DNA from: Alphaproteobacteria bacterium
GTDB taxonomy: Bacteria; Pseudomonadota; Alphaproteobacteria; Rickettsiales; SXRF01
Direction of reading: 5' to 3'
Length of the DNA stretch: 64,000 bases
Assembly (NCBI GenBank): GCA_013288305.1
Contig: JABDCD010000001.1
Span: 4,923-68,922 of the forward strand
Below the pieces are notes generated by a model, which had not been told where the DNA came from, did no database searches, and saw nothing but the letters and a program-made list of their open reading frames with translations. A program made the position numbers and the translations under genes. Each line of letters starts with the position of its first letter. The stretch's first letter is position 1. Positions 35,729-45,052 of this stretch are shown here, one piece after another.

Positions 35729-35986
35729 ATGTCGATCAATGTCAGTAAAGCGAATGAGCAGATGGAACAGGATTTGCCACTATACCCGGAGAGGCAAAAA
35801 GATGAAAGCTGGGTAGCTTATGTTGAGAACGGTCAGGATGGAGTCAAGAGATTTGGTTTCCATAAAGATAGGGATAAACTATATGCGGCATTGCATAAAA
35901 AAGGCTATACGGATGCTCAGCTGCTGGTCAGCCGTTTCATGCCGCGTGACGACAGTCCTATAGAAGAATATCTTTTGAATAGATAA
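35729..35986 (+). CDS. hypothetical protein (AT-shifted orphan between rplE and rpsN)
   Basis: GAGGTG lies 5 nt upstream of ATG 35729; the track alternative is GTG 35723. 85-87 aa with no motif I recognise. Confidence 0.55.
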   Translation: MSINVSKANEQMEQDLPLYPERQKDESWVAYVENGQDGVKRFGFHKDRDKLYAALHKKGYTDAQLLVSRFMPRDDSPIEEYLLNR

Positions 35987-36004
35987 TTTTAAAGAGAGGT
36001 TATT

Positions 36005-36310
36005 GTGGCTAAAAAAAGTTCGATCAATAAAGGTAAAAACCGCGACAAGCTGGTGAAAAAATTCGCCGTCAAGCGCGCTGCGCTCAAAAAAATTATTATG
36101 AAGCGCGACCTGGCGTTCGACGAGCGCCTGCAGGCCCAGATCGCATTGTCGAAACTGCCGCGCAACAGCAGCAAAGTGCGCCACCGCAATCGCTGTGAGC
36201 TGACCGGCCGCGCGCGCGGCACCTATCGCAAATTTAAATTATCGCGCATCAAATTGCGCGAACTTGGCTCGTTCGGCCGCATTCCGGGGTTGACGAAAGC
36301 GAGTTGGTAG
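36005..36310 (+). CDS. rpsN: 30S ribosomal protein S14
   Basis: GTG start. [25 protein letters not shown]. Confidence 0.96.
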   Translation: MAKKSSINKGKNRDKLVKKFAVKRAALKKIIMKRDLAFDERLQAQIALSKLPRNSSKVRHRNRCELTGRARGTYRKFKLSRIKLRELGSFGRIPGLTKASW

Positions 36311-36318
36311 AGAGTGTA

Positions 36319-36393
36319 AATCCTGTGAGCCGCGAGGCTGCACAGGATCTAGGAAAAAGAGATCCTGCGCAATCGCATGGCGATTCGCAGGAT
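36319..36393. repeat. bipartite ATCCTG hairpin repeat, rpsN|rpsH
   Basis: aatcctgtgagccgcgaggctgcacaggatc + gatcctgcgcaatcgcatggcgattcgcaggat. Confidence 0.9.
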
Positions 36394-36413
36394 GTAACGA
36401 AGGAGAAGATACT

Positions 36414-36812
36414 ATGTCAATGAACTATAGATTAGCCGACATGCTCGCTCTGATCAAGAACGGCCAGCAGGCTCGCCTTGCCACGGTGCGCTGCCAGGCG
36501 TCGCATTTTCTCGGCGACGTGCTTGACGTACTCAAGAACGAGGGCTTCATCAACGATTACCGCCGCGTCGACCTCGAAAACAACAAGTCCGAATTCGAGA
36601 TCGATCTGAAATACCACGAGGGTGAGCGTGTGATTAAGGAAATCAAGTGCATCTCCAAGCCGGGACGGCGCGTCTATTACAAAATCTCGCGCCTGCCGAA
36701 ATTTTTCAACGGGCTGGGCATCGCCATTTTGTCCACCTCCAAAGGCGTGATGTCGGATTTCGACGCCCGCGTCGCCGGGGTGGGTGGTGAGATATTGTGC
36801 AGTGTGTTTTAG
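36414..36812 (+). CDS. rpsH: 30S ribosomal protein S8
   Basis: ADMLALIKNGQQA...GIAILSTSKGVMSD. Confidence 0.97.
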   Translation: MSMNYRLADMLALIKNGQQARLATVRCQASHFLGDVLDVLKNEGFINDYRRVDLENNKSEFEIDLKYHEGERVIKEIKCISKPGRRVYYKISRLPKFFNGLGIAILSTSKGVMSDFDARVAGVGGEILCSVF

Positions 36813-36816
36813 TTTA

Positions 36817-36873
36817 AATCCTGCGAGCCGCAAGGCTGCGCAGGATACTGTGCAGGCTTCGCCTCACAGGATT
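36817..36873. repeat. bipartite ATCCTG hairpin repeat, rpsH|rplF
   Basis: aatcctgcgagccgcaaggctgcgcaggatactgtgcaggcttcgcctcacaggattt. Confidence 0.88.
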
Positions 36874-36889
36874 TGTAAAGGAGAATAAA

Positions 36890-37423
36890 ATGTCAAGAGT
36901 AGGCAAACAGCCGGTAGCAATCCCTCAAGGCGTCACCGTTACGGTGACCGGCCCGGACGTCGCCGTCAAGGGCGGCAAGGGTGAACTCAAATTCCGCCTG
37001 GCGCCGGAAGTCACCGTCGAAGTCAAGGACGGCAAGGCCTGGGTCAAGCCCGTGAGCAAAGCCGCCCGCGCCCGCATGATGTGGGGCACGTCGCGCCGCC
37101 AGCTTGGCAACATGATCGAAGGCGTGTCGAAAGGCTTCACCACGCGCATGGAAATCCAGGGCGTCGGCTTCCGCGCCAGCGCCGATAAAAATTATCTCAG
37201 CATGGCGCTGGGCTTTTCGCACGAAATCAAATACGCTATTCCCGCCGGCATCGAAATCAAATGCGCCAAGCCGACCGAAATCACCATCAGCGGCTCCGAC
37301 CGCAAGCTGGTCGGCCAGGTCGCCGCGGAAATCCGCTCGCTGCGCAAGCCGGAGCCCTACAAGGGCAAGGGCGTGCGCTATGAAGGGGAATATGTGAGAA
37401 TGAAGGAAGGGAAGAAGAAATAG
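36890..37423 (+). CDS. rplF: 50S ribosomal protein L6
   Basis: [17 protein letters not shown]...[11 protein letters not shown]. Confidence 0.97.
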   Translation: MSRVGKQPVAIPQGVTVTVTGPDVAVKGGKGELKFRLAPEVTVEVKDGKAWVKPVSKAARARMMWGTSRRQLGNMIEGVSKGFTTRMEIQGVGFRASADKNYLSMALGFSHEIKYAIPAGIEIKCAKPTEITISGSDRKLVGQVAAEIRSLRKPEPYKGKGVRYEGEYVRMKEGKKK

Positions 37424-37427
37424 CTTA

Positions 37428-37520
37428 AATCCTGTGAGCCGCGTAAGCGGCTGCACAGGATCATGTAAAACTATTAAAAATGAAAGGATCCTGCGCAACT
37501 GCTCCGCAGTTCGCAGGATT
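37428..37520. repeat. bipartite ATCCTG hairpin repeat, rplF|rplR
   Basis: aatcctgtgagccgcgtaagcggctgcacaggatc + 24-nt AT-rich spacer + gatcctgcgcaactgctccgcagttcgcaggatt. Confidence 0.9.
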
Positions 37521-37529
37521 GATGGAAAT

Positions 37530-37889
37530 ATGACCCAATCCGTAAAATCCAAAGCCCTGTTCGCCCGCCGCAAGCAGCGCGTGCGCACGCACATCAAGAA
37601 GCATGGCCGTGTGCGCCTCAGCGTGTTCCGTTCGGGCAAGCATATCTATGCCCAGCTGATCGACGACGGCAAGGGCGTCACGCTCGCCGCCGCCTCGTCG
37701 CTGGAAAAGGGCAAAAAAGGCAAAGCGGGCGCTACCATCGAATCGGCCAAGGCTGTGGGCGAAGCGATCGCCAAGGCAGCGCAGAAAGCCAACGTCAAAG
37801 AAGTCGTGTTCGACCGCGGCGGCTACCTCTTCCACGGGCGCGTCAAGGCGCTGGCGGACGCGGCGCGCGCCGGCGGATTATCATTCTAA
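37530..37889 (+). CDS. rplR: 50S ribosomal protein L18
   Basis: [13 protein letters not shown]...[18 protein letters not shown]...[20 protein letters not shown]. Start chosen downstream of the repeat at 37428-37520. Confidence 0.95.
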   Translation: MTQSVKSKALFARRKQRVRTHIKKHGRVRLSVFRSGKHIYAQLIDDGKGVTLAAASSLEKGKKGKAGATIESAKAVGEAIAKAAQKANVKEVVFDRGGYLFHGRVKALADAARAGGLSF

Positions 37890-37901
37890 CGGAGAAATAA
37901 A

Positions 37902-38477
37902 ATGGCACGTGAACAACGCAACGAAGAACGCAAAGACCGTGAAGGCAGCGAGCTGATCGACAAATTAGTGTCGATCAACCGCGTCGCCAAGGTGGTGAAG
38001 GGCGGTCGGCGCTTCGGTTTCGCGGCGCTGGTCGTCGTCGGCGACGGCAAGGGCAAGGTCGGCTACGGCTCGGGCAAGGCCAAGGAAGTCTCCGACGCCA
38101 TGCGCAAGGCGCTCGACGACGCCAAGAAAAAAATGGTGCGCATCCCGCTACGCGAAGGCCGCACGCTGCACCACGATCTCTATGGCCGCTTCGGCGCCGG
38201 AAAAGTCATCATCCGCACCGCGCCCGTCGGCACCGGCATTATCGCCGGCGGCCCGATGCGTGCCGTGTTCGAGGCACTGGGCGTGCAGGATGTCGTCGCC
38301 AAGTCGGTCGGCACCAGCAACCCGCACAACATGCTCAAAGCCACCTTCAACGCGCTGCACGACATGCGCTCGCCACGCGCGGTGGCCGCCAAGCGCGGCA
38401 AAAAAGTCGGCGAAATCGTCGAACGCCGCGAGGGCAAACCGGCGGAGGAGAATAATAATAAGGAGAAGAAAGCCTAG
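37902..38477 (+). CDS. rpsE: 30S ribosomal protein S5
   Basis: [32 protein letters not shown]. Confidence 0.97.
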   Translation: MAREQRNEERKDREGSELIDKLVSINRVAKVVKGGRRFGFAALVVVGDGKGKVGYGSGKAKEVSDAMRKALDDAKKKMVRIPLREGRTLHHDLYGRFGAGKVIIRTAPVGTGIIAGGPMRAVFEALGVQDVVAKSVGTSNPHNMLKATFNALHDMRSPRAVAAKRGKKVGEIVERREGKPAEENNNKEKKA

Positions 38478-38484
38478 GCGTCGT

Positions 38485-38573
38485 CGCCCGAATCGCTCTT
38501 GCGATTCTAGGGCGAACTAGAAACTGGATCCCCCTAGAATTTTGCAAGGGCAAAATTCGGAGGATGACGGAAA
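38485..38573. repeat. degenerate two-hairpin element, rpsE|rpmD
   Basis: cgcccgaatcgctcttgcgattctagggcg and ccccctagaattttgcaagggcaaaattcggagg. The stems are imperfect. Confidence 0.55.
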
Positions 38574-38594
38574 TTGATAATAAAGGAATGCAGT

Positions 38595-38879
38595 ATGACA
38601 AGTGAAGCAGCAAAAAAAGAAACCAAGCCGAAAACGGCAAAGCCCGTTGCGGAAAAACCCGCACCGAAAAAACCTGAGGTAAAAAAAGCTCCCTCCGGTG
38701 CAACGGTAAAGATAACGCAAACCACCGGCAGCATCGCGCGCCGCTGGGACCAGGAAGCGACGCTGATCGGGTTGGGCCTGAACAAGCGCCATAAGACGCG
38801 CGTGCTGCAGGATACGCCGGAAGTGCGCGGCATGATTTATAAGGTACGGCATTTGGTGAAGGTGGAGGCAGTTCAATGA
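38595..38879 (+). CDS. rpmD: 50S ribosomal protein L30 (Lys/Pro/Ala-rich N-terminal extension)
   Basis: VKITQTTGSIARRWDQEATLIGLGLNKRHKTRVLQDTPEVRGMIYKVRHLV. Confidence 0.9.
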   Translation: MTSEAAKKETKPKTAKPVAEKPAPKKPEVKKAPSGATVKITQTTGSIARRWDQEATLIGLGLNKRHKTRVLQDTPEVRGMIYKVRHLVKVEAVQ

Positions 38880-39253
38880 GCAAACTCAAGCCCGTTCCTC
38901 CTGCATTTGAAGTGGTTTTCAGTGGAATTGAAAAACCGTTAAACACACGTTCTGTTCGTGGCGGAACATTTGCTGAACAGTTGGCAGCGGGACACATGGA
39001 AGATGCCTACCTACACCTGAAATATTCCGAGCGTGTTAGCGGGATTGATATAGATAAGGTACTGGCGCCATTGAGGGATGCTTTAGAAAATATCTACGAA
39101 AGAATTAGTTTAACATATCATATGGGTACCATAATGTCAGCCGCGCAGCCAGGTCAAAAGCCATTGGGTTCTATGGTTGAAACATTTGATGAGGCCATAA
39201 GATTACGGCTAGACCGCTATTTCCCAAAAGAACAAGTAAGAGCACGAGGATAA
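38876..39253 (+). CDS. hypothetical protein (AT-shifted orphan between rpmD and rplO)
   Basis: Its start overlaps the rpmD stop (ATGA), with GGAGG 9 nt upstream. Its stop is 4 nt before the rplO ATG. 125 aa with no motif I recognise. Confidence 0.6.
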   Translation: MSKLKPVPPAFEVVFSGIEKPLNTRSVRGGTFAEQLAAGHMEDAYLHLKYSERVSGIDIDKVLAPLRDALENIYERISLTYHMGTIMSAAQPGQKPLGSMVETFDEAIRLRLDRYFPKEQVRARG

Positions 39254-39257
39254 TTTT

Positions 39258-39722
39258 ATGCAACTCAACGAACTCAAATCCAATCCCGGCTCGCACCATC
39301 GCAAGATGCGCGTGGGTCGCGGCATCGGCAGCGGCAAGGGCAAAACCTGCGGCCGCGGCGGCAAAGGACAAACCGCGCGCACCGGCGTGCGCATCAACGG
39401 CTTCGAGGGCGGCCAGACGCCGATCCATCGCCGCCTGCCCAAGCGCGGCTTCAACAACCCGACGCGCAAGGAAATCGCCACCGTCAATCTCGGCGCCATC
39501 GAAAAAGCCATCACCGCAGGCAAACTCGACGCCAAGAAGGACATCAACCTGGACGCGCTGAAAGCCGCCGGATTGCTGCGCAAAAATGCTTCGGAAGTCA
39601 AACTGCTGGCCAAGGGCGAACTGAAAGCTAAGATTTCGCTGCACGTCAATTTTGCGTCTGAAGGCGCGAAGGCTGCGGTGGAGAAGGCGGGTGGCAGTGT
39701 CGTCATGAGTCATGGGTCATGA
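39258..39722 (+). CDS. rplO: 50S ribosomal protein L15 (last codons lie in a repeat arm)
   Basis: [21 protein letters not shown]. Confidence 0.97.
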   Translation: MQLNELKSNPGSHHRKMRVGRGIGSGKGKTCGRGGKGQTARTGVRINGFEGGQTPIHRRLPKRGFNNPTRKEIATVNLGAIEKAITAGKLDAKKDINLDALKAAGLLRKNASEVKLLAKGELKAKISLHVNFASEGAKAAVEKAGGSVVMSHGS

Positions 39723-39785
39723 GTCATGGGGTTCAAGCGATTCACTCATGACCAATGACCAAAAACCCATGACCCACTTATGACC
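39702..39785. repeat. family D hairpin spanning the rplO 3' end and the secY start codon
   Basis: gtcatgagtcatgggtcatgagtcatgggg ... ctcatgaccaatgaccaaaaacccatgacccacttatgacc. Confidence 0.88.
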
Positions 39786-41126
39786 ACCTCCGCCGCTGAA
39801 CGTCTCGCCGCCAACATGAATTTCGGGGTGTTCTCGCGCGCCACCGACCTGAAGAAGCGCCTGTGGTTTTTGCTGGGCGCGCTCATCGTCTGCCGCATCG
39901 GCACCTACATCCCCGTCCCCGGCATCGACCCGCACATCCTGGCCGAAATCTACGCCAAGCAGCAGGGCGGCGTGCTCGGCGTGTTCAACATGTTCACCGG
40001 CGGCGCGCTGTCGCGCATGAGCATTTTCGCGCTGGCCGTCATGCCCTATATCTCCTCCTCCATCATCATCCAGATCCTGACCGTCGCCGTGCCGCACCTG
40101 GCCACACTCAAAAAAGAAGGCGCGGCGGGCTACCGCAAGATCAACCAATATACGCGCTACGGCACGGTGGTGCTGGCCGCATTCCAGGGTTACGGCATCG
40201 CGGTGGGCCTGCAGGGCATGAGCGGTGCGCACGGCTCGGCGGTGATCGACCCCGGCGCGTTTTTCCTGTTCACCACGACGATAACGCTGGCCGGCGGCAC
40301 GCTGTTTTTAATGTGGCTGGGTGAGCAGATCACGGCGCGCGGCATCGGCAACGGCATCTCGATGATCATCTTCACCGGCATCATCGCCAACCTGCCCAAC
40401 GCCATCGGCCGGACATTGGAATTAGGCCGCACCGGCGTCATCTCGACGCCGTTCATTTTCCTGATTATTATCATCGTGCTGGGCTTGATCGCCTTCATCG
40501 TCTTCATGGAGCGCGCCCAGCGCCGCATCGTCGTGCAATACCCCAAACGCCAGCAGGGCAATAAAATGTTCGGCGGCGAAGCGACGCACATGCCGCTGAA
40601 ACTCAACACCTCCGGTGTCATCCCGCCCATCTTCGCCAGCTCGATTCTGCTGTTTCCGCTCACCATCGCCAGCTTCCATGCTAACGGCGGCACCGGCATC
40701 CTCGCCACCCTGAGCAGCTATCTCGCGCACGGCCAGCCGCTCTACATCGCCTGCTACGTCGCACTCATCGTGTTTTTCAGCTTCTTCTACACCTCCATCG
40801 TGTTCAACCCGGCCGAAAAAGCCGACGACCTCAAAAAAGGCGGCGGCTTCATCGCCGGCATCCGCCCCGGCCAGCAGACGGCGGAATATCTCGATTACGT
40901 GCTGACGCGGTTAACCGCGGTGGGCGCGCTTTACATCGCCCTGGTCTGCGCCATGCCGGAACTCTTCGTCGCTAAATATTCCGTGCCGTTCCAGCTCGGT
41001 GGCACCGGCCTCATGATCGTCGTCAACGTCACCATCGATTTCGTGACGCAGGTGCAGTCGCATCTCTTCGCGCACCAATATGAGGGCTTGATCAAAAAAG
41101 CGAAGCTGAAAGGGAGACTCAAATGA
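39780..41126 (+). CDS. secY: preprotein translocase subunit SecY
   Basis: [28 protein letters not shown]; 10-TM pattern. The ATG lies inside the right arm of the repeat at 39702-39785. Confidence 0.96.
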   Translation: MTTSAAERLAANMNFGVFSRATDLKKRLWFLLGALIVCRIGTYIPVPGIDPHILAEIYAKQQGGVLGVFNMFTGGALSRMSIFALAVMPYISSSIIIQILTVAVPHLATLKKEGAAGYRKINQYTRYGTVVLAAFQGYGIAVGLQGMSGAHGSAVIDPGAFFLFTTTITLAGGTLFLMWLGEQITARGIGNGISMIIFTGIIANLPNAIGRTLELGRTGVISTPFIFLIIIIVLGLIAFIVFMERAQRRIVVQYPKRQQGNKMFGGEATHMPLKLNTSGVIPPIFASSILLFPLTIASFHANGGTGILATLSSYLAHGQPLYIACYVALIVFFSFFYTSIVFNPAEKADDLKKGGGFIAGIRPGQQTAEYLDYVLTRLTAVGALYIALVCAMPELFVAKYSVPFQLGGTGLMIVVNVTIDFVTQVQSHLFAHQYEGLIKKAKLKGRLK

Positions 41127-41794
41127 AGATCATTCTTTTAGGGCCGCCGGGCGCCGGCAAAGGCACGCAAGCGGATATTCTCAGGAAGAAGCTCAACATC
41201 GGCAAAATCGCTACCGGCGACATGCTGCGTGAGGCAGTGGCATCCGGCACGCCGCTGGGCAAGCAGGTGCAGGACATCATGGCCAAGGGCCATCTCGTGC
41301 CCGACAAAACGATGATCGATGTGCTGTTCGGCCGCATCCACAAGGCGGATTGCGCGCTGGGCTTTGTCCTCGACGGCTTTCCGCGCACGCTGGCGCAGGC
41401 CGAGGCGCTCGATAGGGCACTGGCCTTTGAGGACGCCGCTATCGACCGCGTCATCGAGTTAAAGGTGGATGACGAAAAGCTGATGAAGCGCATTGTCGGC
41501 CGCTATGCCTGCGCCAAATGCGGCGCCGGCTATCACGACAGCTTCAAGCGCCCGATGCAGGCGGGCGTGTGCGACGCCTGCGGCAGCAAGGAATTTATCC
41601 GTCGCGAGGATGACAAGGCGCAGACGGTGGCCAAGCGTCTGGAGACCTACCATATGCAGACCGAGCCGCTGCTCCCCTATTACCGCGTGCAAGGTAAGCT
41701 ACTGAGTGTCGACGGCATGGCGGAGATCGAGGAAGTAGCCCGGCAGATCGACGAAGTGATGGGAATGGGTAAAAAAAATGCGAAAAACAGTTGA
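41123..41794 (+). CDS. adk: adenylate kinase (Cys4 zinc-lid type)
   Basis: ILLGPPGAGKGTQA, and a lid with CAKCG...CDACG. Its start overlaps the secY stop (ATGA). Confidence 0.96.
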   Translation: MKIILLGPPGAGKGTQADILRKKLNIGKIATGDMLREAVASGTPLGKQVQDIMAKGHLVPDKTMIDVLFGRIHKADCALGFVLDGFPRTLAQAEALDRALAFEDAAIDRVIELKVDDEKLMKRIVGRYACAKCGAGYHDSFKRPMQAGVCDACGSKEFIRREDDKAQTVAKRLETYHMQTEPLLPYYRVQGKLLSVDGMAEIEEVARQIDEVMGMGKKNAKNS

Positions 41795-41840
41795 CGCGGC
41801 CGTAAATATGACTAAAATCCCCATTCCTTTTAACAAAATC

Positions 41841-41915
41841 GGGATTGGGGATTAGGGATTAGGGATTGGAAAATAATGATTTTTTCCCAATCCCCAATCC
41901 CCAATCCCCATCCCC
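41841..41915. repeat. tandem-heptamer-arm hairpin, family H (GGGATTR), adk|rpsM
   Basis: gggattggggattagggattagggattgg / aaaataatgatttttt / cccaatccccaatccccaatccccatcccc. Confidence 0.9.
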
Positions 41916-41930
41916 TAAAAAGAGGTTTCT

Positions 41931-42308
41931 GTGGCTCGTATCGCTGGCGTAAATATTCCCTCGGCCAAACGGCTCGACATCGCGCTGACCTATATTCACG
42001 GCATCGGCCACGTCAAGGCCGCCGAAATCTGCAAAAAGGCCGATCTGGGAGCGGAAAAACGCGTGCATCAGCTGACCGAATCGGAAGTCAGCCGCCTGCG
42101 CGAAATCATCGACCGCGACTACACGGTCGAGGGCGACCTGCGCCGCGAAGTGTCGATGAACATCAAGCGCCTGGTCGATCTCGGCTGCTACCGCGGCCTG
42201 CGCCACCGCAAAAAACTGCCCACCCGCGGCCAGCGCACGCATACTAATGCGAGAACCCGCAAGGGCAAGGCAAAGCCGATTGCGGGCAAGAAGATAGTTA
42301 CGAAGTAA
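41931..42308 (+). CDS. rpsM: 30S ribosomal protein S13
   Basis: GTG start. [10 protein letters not shown]...[26 protein letters not shown]. Confidence 0.96.
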   Translation: MARIAGVNIPSAKRLDIALTYIHGIGHVKAAEICKKADLGAEKRVHQLTESEVSRLREIIDRDYTVEGDLRREVSMNIKRLVDLGCYRGLRHRKKLPTRGQRTHTNARTRKGKAKPIAGKKIVTK

Positions 42309-42312
42309 AATT

Positions 42313-42404
42313 GGATGTGGGGATGTGGAAGGATGTGGAGATGTGGGGAATAAGAAAGATTTTTTCTTTCTCCACATCCCCACATCTCCATCTCCCCACA
42401 TCCC
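42313..42404. repeat. family A hairpin, rpsM|rpsK
   Basis: ggatgtggggatgtggaaggatgtggagatgtgggg / aataagaaagattttttctttc / tccacatccccacatctccatctccccacatccc. Confidence 0.9.
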
Positions 42405-42418
42405 TCTAGGAGTTTAGA

Positions 42419-42847
42419 ATGGCCAAAGAAGCAACCGCAACCAAAGACGCCGCCGCCCCCGCCGCCGGTCCGGCGAAAATTAAAAAGAAAGAGCGCAAGA
42501 ACATCACCACCGGCGTGGCGCATGTCAACGCCTCGTTCAACAACACCATCGTCACCATTACGGACACGCAGGGCAACACCGTGGCATGGTCGTCGGCCGG
42601 GCATCACGGTTTCAAAGGCTCGCGCAAATCGACGCCTTACGCCGCGCAGGTCACAGCCGAGAGTGCCGGAAAGAAAGCGCAGGAGCACGGCATGAAAACG
42701 CTGGCGGTCCTGGTCAAAGGCCCCGGCTCCGGCCGCGAATCGGCCCTGCGCGCGCTGCAGGCGGTAGGTTTCCAGGTCACGTCGATTAAAGACGTCACTC
42801 CCGTGCCGCATAACGGTTGTCGGCCGCCGAAAAGACGGAGAGTTTAA
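42419..42847 (+). CDS. rpsK: 30S ribosomal protein S11
   Basis: [19 protein letters not shown]...[18 protein letters not shown]. Confidence 0.97.
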   Translation: MAKEATATKDAAAPAAGPAKIKKKERKNITTGVAHVNASFNNTIVTITDTQGNTVAWSSAGHHGFKGSRKSTPYAAQVTAESAGKKAQEHGMKTLAVLVKGPGSGRESALRALQAVGFQVTSIKDVTPVPHNGCRPPKRRRV

Positions 42848-42853
42848 GAAGAC

Positions 42854-42919
42854 GTACCCGGTACACGGTACTCGGTACCCGGTGAAGATTTTGAGTACCG
42901 TGTACTGAGTACCATGTAC
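42854..42919. repeat. tandem-heptamer-arm hairpin, family I (GGTACNC), rpsK|rpoA
   Basis: gtacccggtacacggtactcggtacccggtg / aagattttga / gtaccgtgtactgagtaccatgtac. Confidence 0.88.
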
Positions 42920-42940
42920 GACTTAATTTTAGGAGCAAAC

Positions 42941-43948
42941 ATGTTAGCAAAAAACTGGCAAGACCTGATCAAACCGTCGAAGCTCGATATCGCGGCTTCC
43001 AAAAGCAACCCGCGCCAGGCGACGATTGTGGCCGAGCCGCTGGAGCGTGGCTTCGGCCATACGCTGGGCGTGGCGCTGCGCCGCATCTTGCTGTCGTCGC
43101 TGCAGGGCGCGGCCGTGACCTCGGTCAAAATCGAGGGCGTGCTGCATGAATTCTCATCCGTCCCCGGCGTGCGCGAGGACGTCACCGACATCATCCTCAA
43201 CATCAAGGAACTGCGCCTCAAGGCCGGAAGCGGCGACAAAAAGCGCATCACGCTCACCGCCAGCGGCCCCGGCGAAGTCAAGGCCGGCGCCATCGACGGC
43301 GATGTCGAGATCATCAACAAGGATCACGTCATCTGCACGCTCGACAAGGGCGCCAAGCTTAACATGGAAATGACCGTCGAAACCGGCAAGGGCTACGTCC
43401 GCGCCAGCAAGCAGAGCGACGCCGCCATCGGCCTCATCCCGGTCGATGCGCTGTTCTCGCCCGTGGTCAAGGTATCGTACAAGGTCGACAACGCCCGCGT
43501 CGGCCAGATCACCGACTACGACAAACTGTCGATGACAGTCGAAACCGACGGCTCGATGACGGCCGAGGACGCCGTGGCGCTGGCCGCACGCATCCTGCAG
43601 GATCAGCTGCAGCTCTTCATCAACTTCGAGGAATCGAAGCTGGAGAAAAAAGAAGAAGCCAAGCCCGAGCTGCCCTTCAGCCCGTACCTGCTCAAGAAGG
43701 TCTACGACCTCGACGAGCTTTCCGTGCGCGCTACCAACTGCCTCAAGAACGACAATATCGTCTATGTCGGCGACCTCGTGCAGAAGACCGAAAGCGAAAT
43801 GCTCAAGACGCCCAATTTCGGCCGCAAATCGCTCAACGAAATCAAGGAAAAACTGGCCAAGATCGGCCTCAAGTTCGGCATGGAAGTCACCGGCTGGCCG
43901 CCCGAGAATATTGAGGAGTTGGCGAGGAAGTATGAGGATCCGTATTGA
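42941..43948 (+). CDS. rpoA: DNA-directed RNA polymerase subunit alpha
   Basis: [15 protein letters not shown]...[18 protein letters not shown] lies 6 nt upstream of ATG 42941. The track start 42914 lies inside a repeat arm. Confidence 0.95.
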   Translation: MLAKNWQDLIKPSKLDIAASKSNPRQATIVAEPLERGFGHTLGVALRRILLSSLQGAAVTSVKIEGVLHEFSSVPGVREDVTDIILNIKELRLKAGSGDKKRITLTASGPGEVKAGAIDGDVEIINKDHVICTLDKGAKLNMEMTVETGKGYVRASKQSDAAIGLIPVDALFSPVVKVSYKVDNARVGQITDYDKLSMTVETDGSMTAEDAVALAARILQDQLQLFINFEESKLEKKEEAKPELPFSPYLLKKVYDLDELSVRATNCLKNDNIVYVGDLVQKTESEMLKTPNFGRKSLNEIKEKLAKIGLKFGMEVTGWPPENIEELARKYEDPY

Positions 43949-43953
43949 GTATA

Positions 43954-44013
43954 AATCCTGTGAGCCGTAAGGCTGCACAGGATCCTGCGCAATCGCTTGG
44001 CGCTTCGCAGGAT
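43954..44013. repeat. bipartite ATCCTG hairpin repeat, rpoA|rplQ
   Basis: aatcctgtgagccgtaaggctgcacaggatcctgcgcaatcgcttggcgcttcgcaggattt. Confidence 0.9.
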
Positions 44014-44032
44014 TTGAACTAGGAGAAATAAA

Positions 44033-44509
44033 ATGCGCCATCAAATGAGCGGCCGTAAACTCGGCAGAAAAAGCGGCCATCGCAAGGCGATGTTCATGAA
44101 CCTCGCGCAGGCGCTGATCAAGCACGAGCAGATTTCGACCACCCTGCCCAAGGCCAAGGATCTCAAGCCCGTCGCGGAAAAGCTGGTGACGCTGGCCAAG
44201 CGCGGCGGCTTACATGCCCGCCGCCAGGTGCTGGCGACGCTCAAGGATGCGGCGCTCACCGAAAAATTATTCTCCACCCTCGCCGAGCGTTATAAAACGC
44301 GGCAAGGCGGCTATACCCGCGTGCTCAAGGCCGGTTTCCGCTACGGCGACAAGGCGCCGATGGCCATCATCGAATTCGTCGACCGCGACGAATCCGCCAA
44401 GGGCAAGGATTCCGGGCCGGTTGAGACTGCGCCGGCTGAACCCGTCACGCTCGGACTCAAGACGGATACGGATAAGCCGGCTAAAACCAAGAAAGCAAAA
44501 GCAGCATAA
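44033..44509 (+). CDS. rplQ: 50S ribosomal protein L17
   Basis: [44 protein letters not shown]. Confidence 0.97.
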   Translation: MRHQMSGRKLGRKSGHRKAMFMNLAQALIKHEQISTTLPKAKDLKPVAEKLVTLAKRGGLHARRQVLATLKDAALTEKLFSTLAERYKTRQGGYTRVLKAGFRYGDKAPMAIIEFVDRDESAKGKDSGPVETAPAEPVTLGLKTDTDKPAKTKKAKAA

Positions 44510-44513
44510 TTTT

Positions 44514-44626
44514 CTTGTCATTCCCGCGAAGGCAGGAATCCAGCAAAAGCGCCATGGGCGCGGTATAGAATTCTTCTGCGCCGCAGACGCGGCGCGCTGG
44601 ATTCCCGTTTTCACGGGAATGACAGG
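44514..44626. repeat. CTTGTCA-hairpin inverted pair (family L; ATTCCC-N8-GGGAAT cores), rplQ|crcB
   Basis: cttgtcattcccgcgaaggcaggaatccagc ... gctggattcccgttttcacgggaatgacagg. Confidence 0.87.
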
Positions 44627-44656
44627 GTTTGACATTTGCCCTTTGACATTTGATGA

Positions 44657-45052
44657 TTGCCTATGAATTTCCTCCCCCTCATGTACGTCGCCATCGGCGG
44701 GGCGTTCGGCTCAATGTGCCGCTATGTGGTCGGCGTCTGGGTCGGCGTGGTCAACCCCACCGGCTTTCCCTTCGGGACGCTCGTCATCAATGTCAGCGGC
44801 TCGTTCCTGATGGGGGTGTGGATCGGCGTCATGGTGCTGGTGCTGCCGGAAAAATCGAAGGACATGCACCTGCTGATGGCCATCGGCGTGCTCGGCGGCT
44901 ATACAACCTTTTCCACCTTCTCGCTCGAATCCTACCTGCTCATCGAAAAAGGCCTGTGGCTGCAGGCGGCGGCCTATATCTTCGGTTCGGTCATCGTCTC
45001 CATCGCCGCTTTGTTCGCCGGCATGTGGCTGATGCGTTCGCTCAATGGATAA
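44657..45052 (+). CDS. crcB: fluoride ion channel CrcB/FluC
   Basis: AIGGAFGSMCRY...FPFGTLVINVSGSFLMG...GGYTTFSTFS. Confidence 0.9.
   Translation: MPMNFLPLMYVAIGGAFGSMCRYVVGVWVGVVNPTGFPFGTLVINVSGSFLMGVWIGVMVLVLPEKSKDMHLLMAIGVLGGYTTFSTFSLESYLLIEKGLWLQAAAYIFGSVIVSIAALFAGMWLMRSLNG

Noticed and set aside
42914-42940. The upstream rpoA start given by the ORF track.
   Set aside because: The ATG at 42914 lies in the right arm of the family-I hairpin and lacks an SD. ATG 42941 has TAGGAG upstream and yields the canonical [13 protein letters not shown]-terminus.
44514-44626. Calling the ATTCCC-N8-GGGAAT cores homologs of the Neisseria dRS3 repeat.
   Set aside because: The resemblance covers only the short palindromic core, and I cannot verify homology without a database comparison. 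I kept it as a descriptive note only.
44510-44656. Fluoride riboswitch expected upstream of crcB.
   Set aside because: The interval is filled by the family-L inverted repeat and a short direct repeat (tttgacatttg x2). I could not find the conserved crcB-motif helices or pseudoknot. The tgatgattgcct stretch resembles only the 3' tail of the motif.
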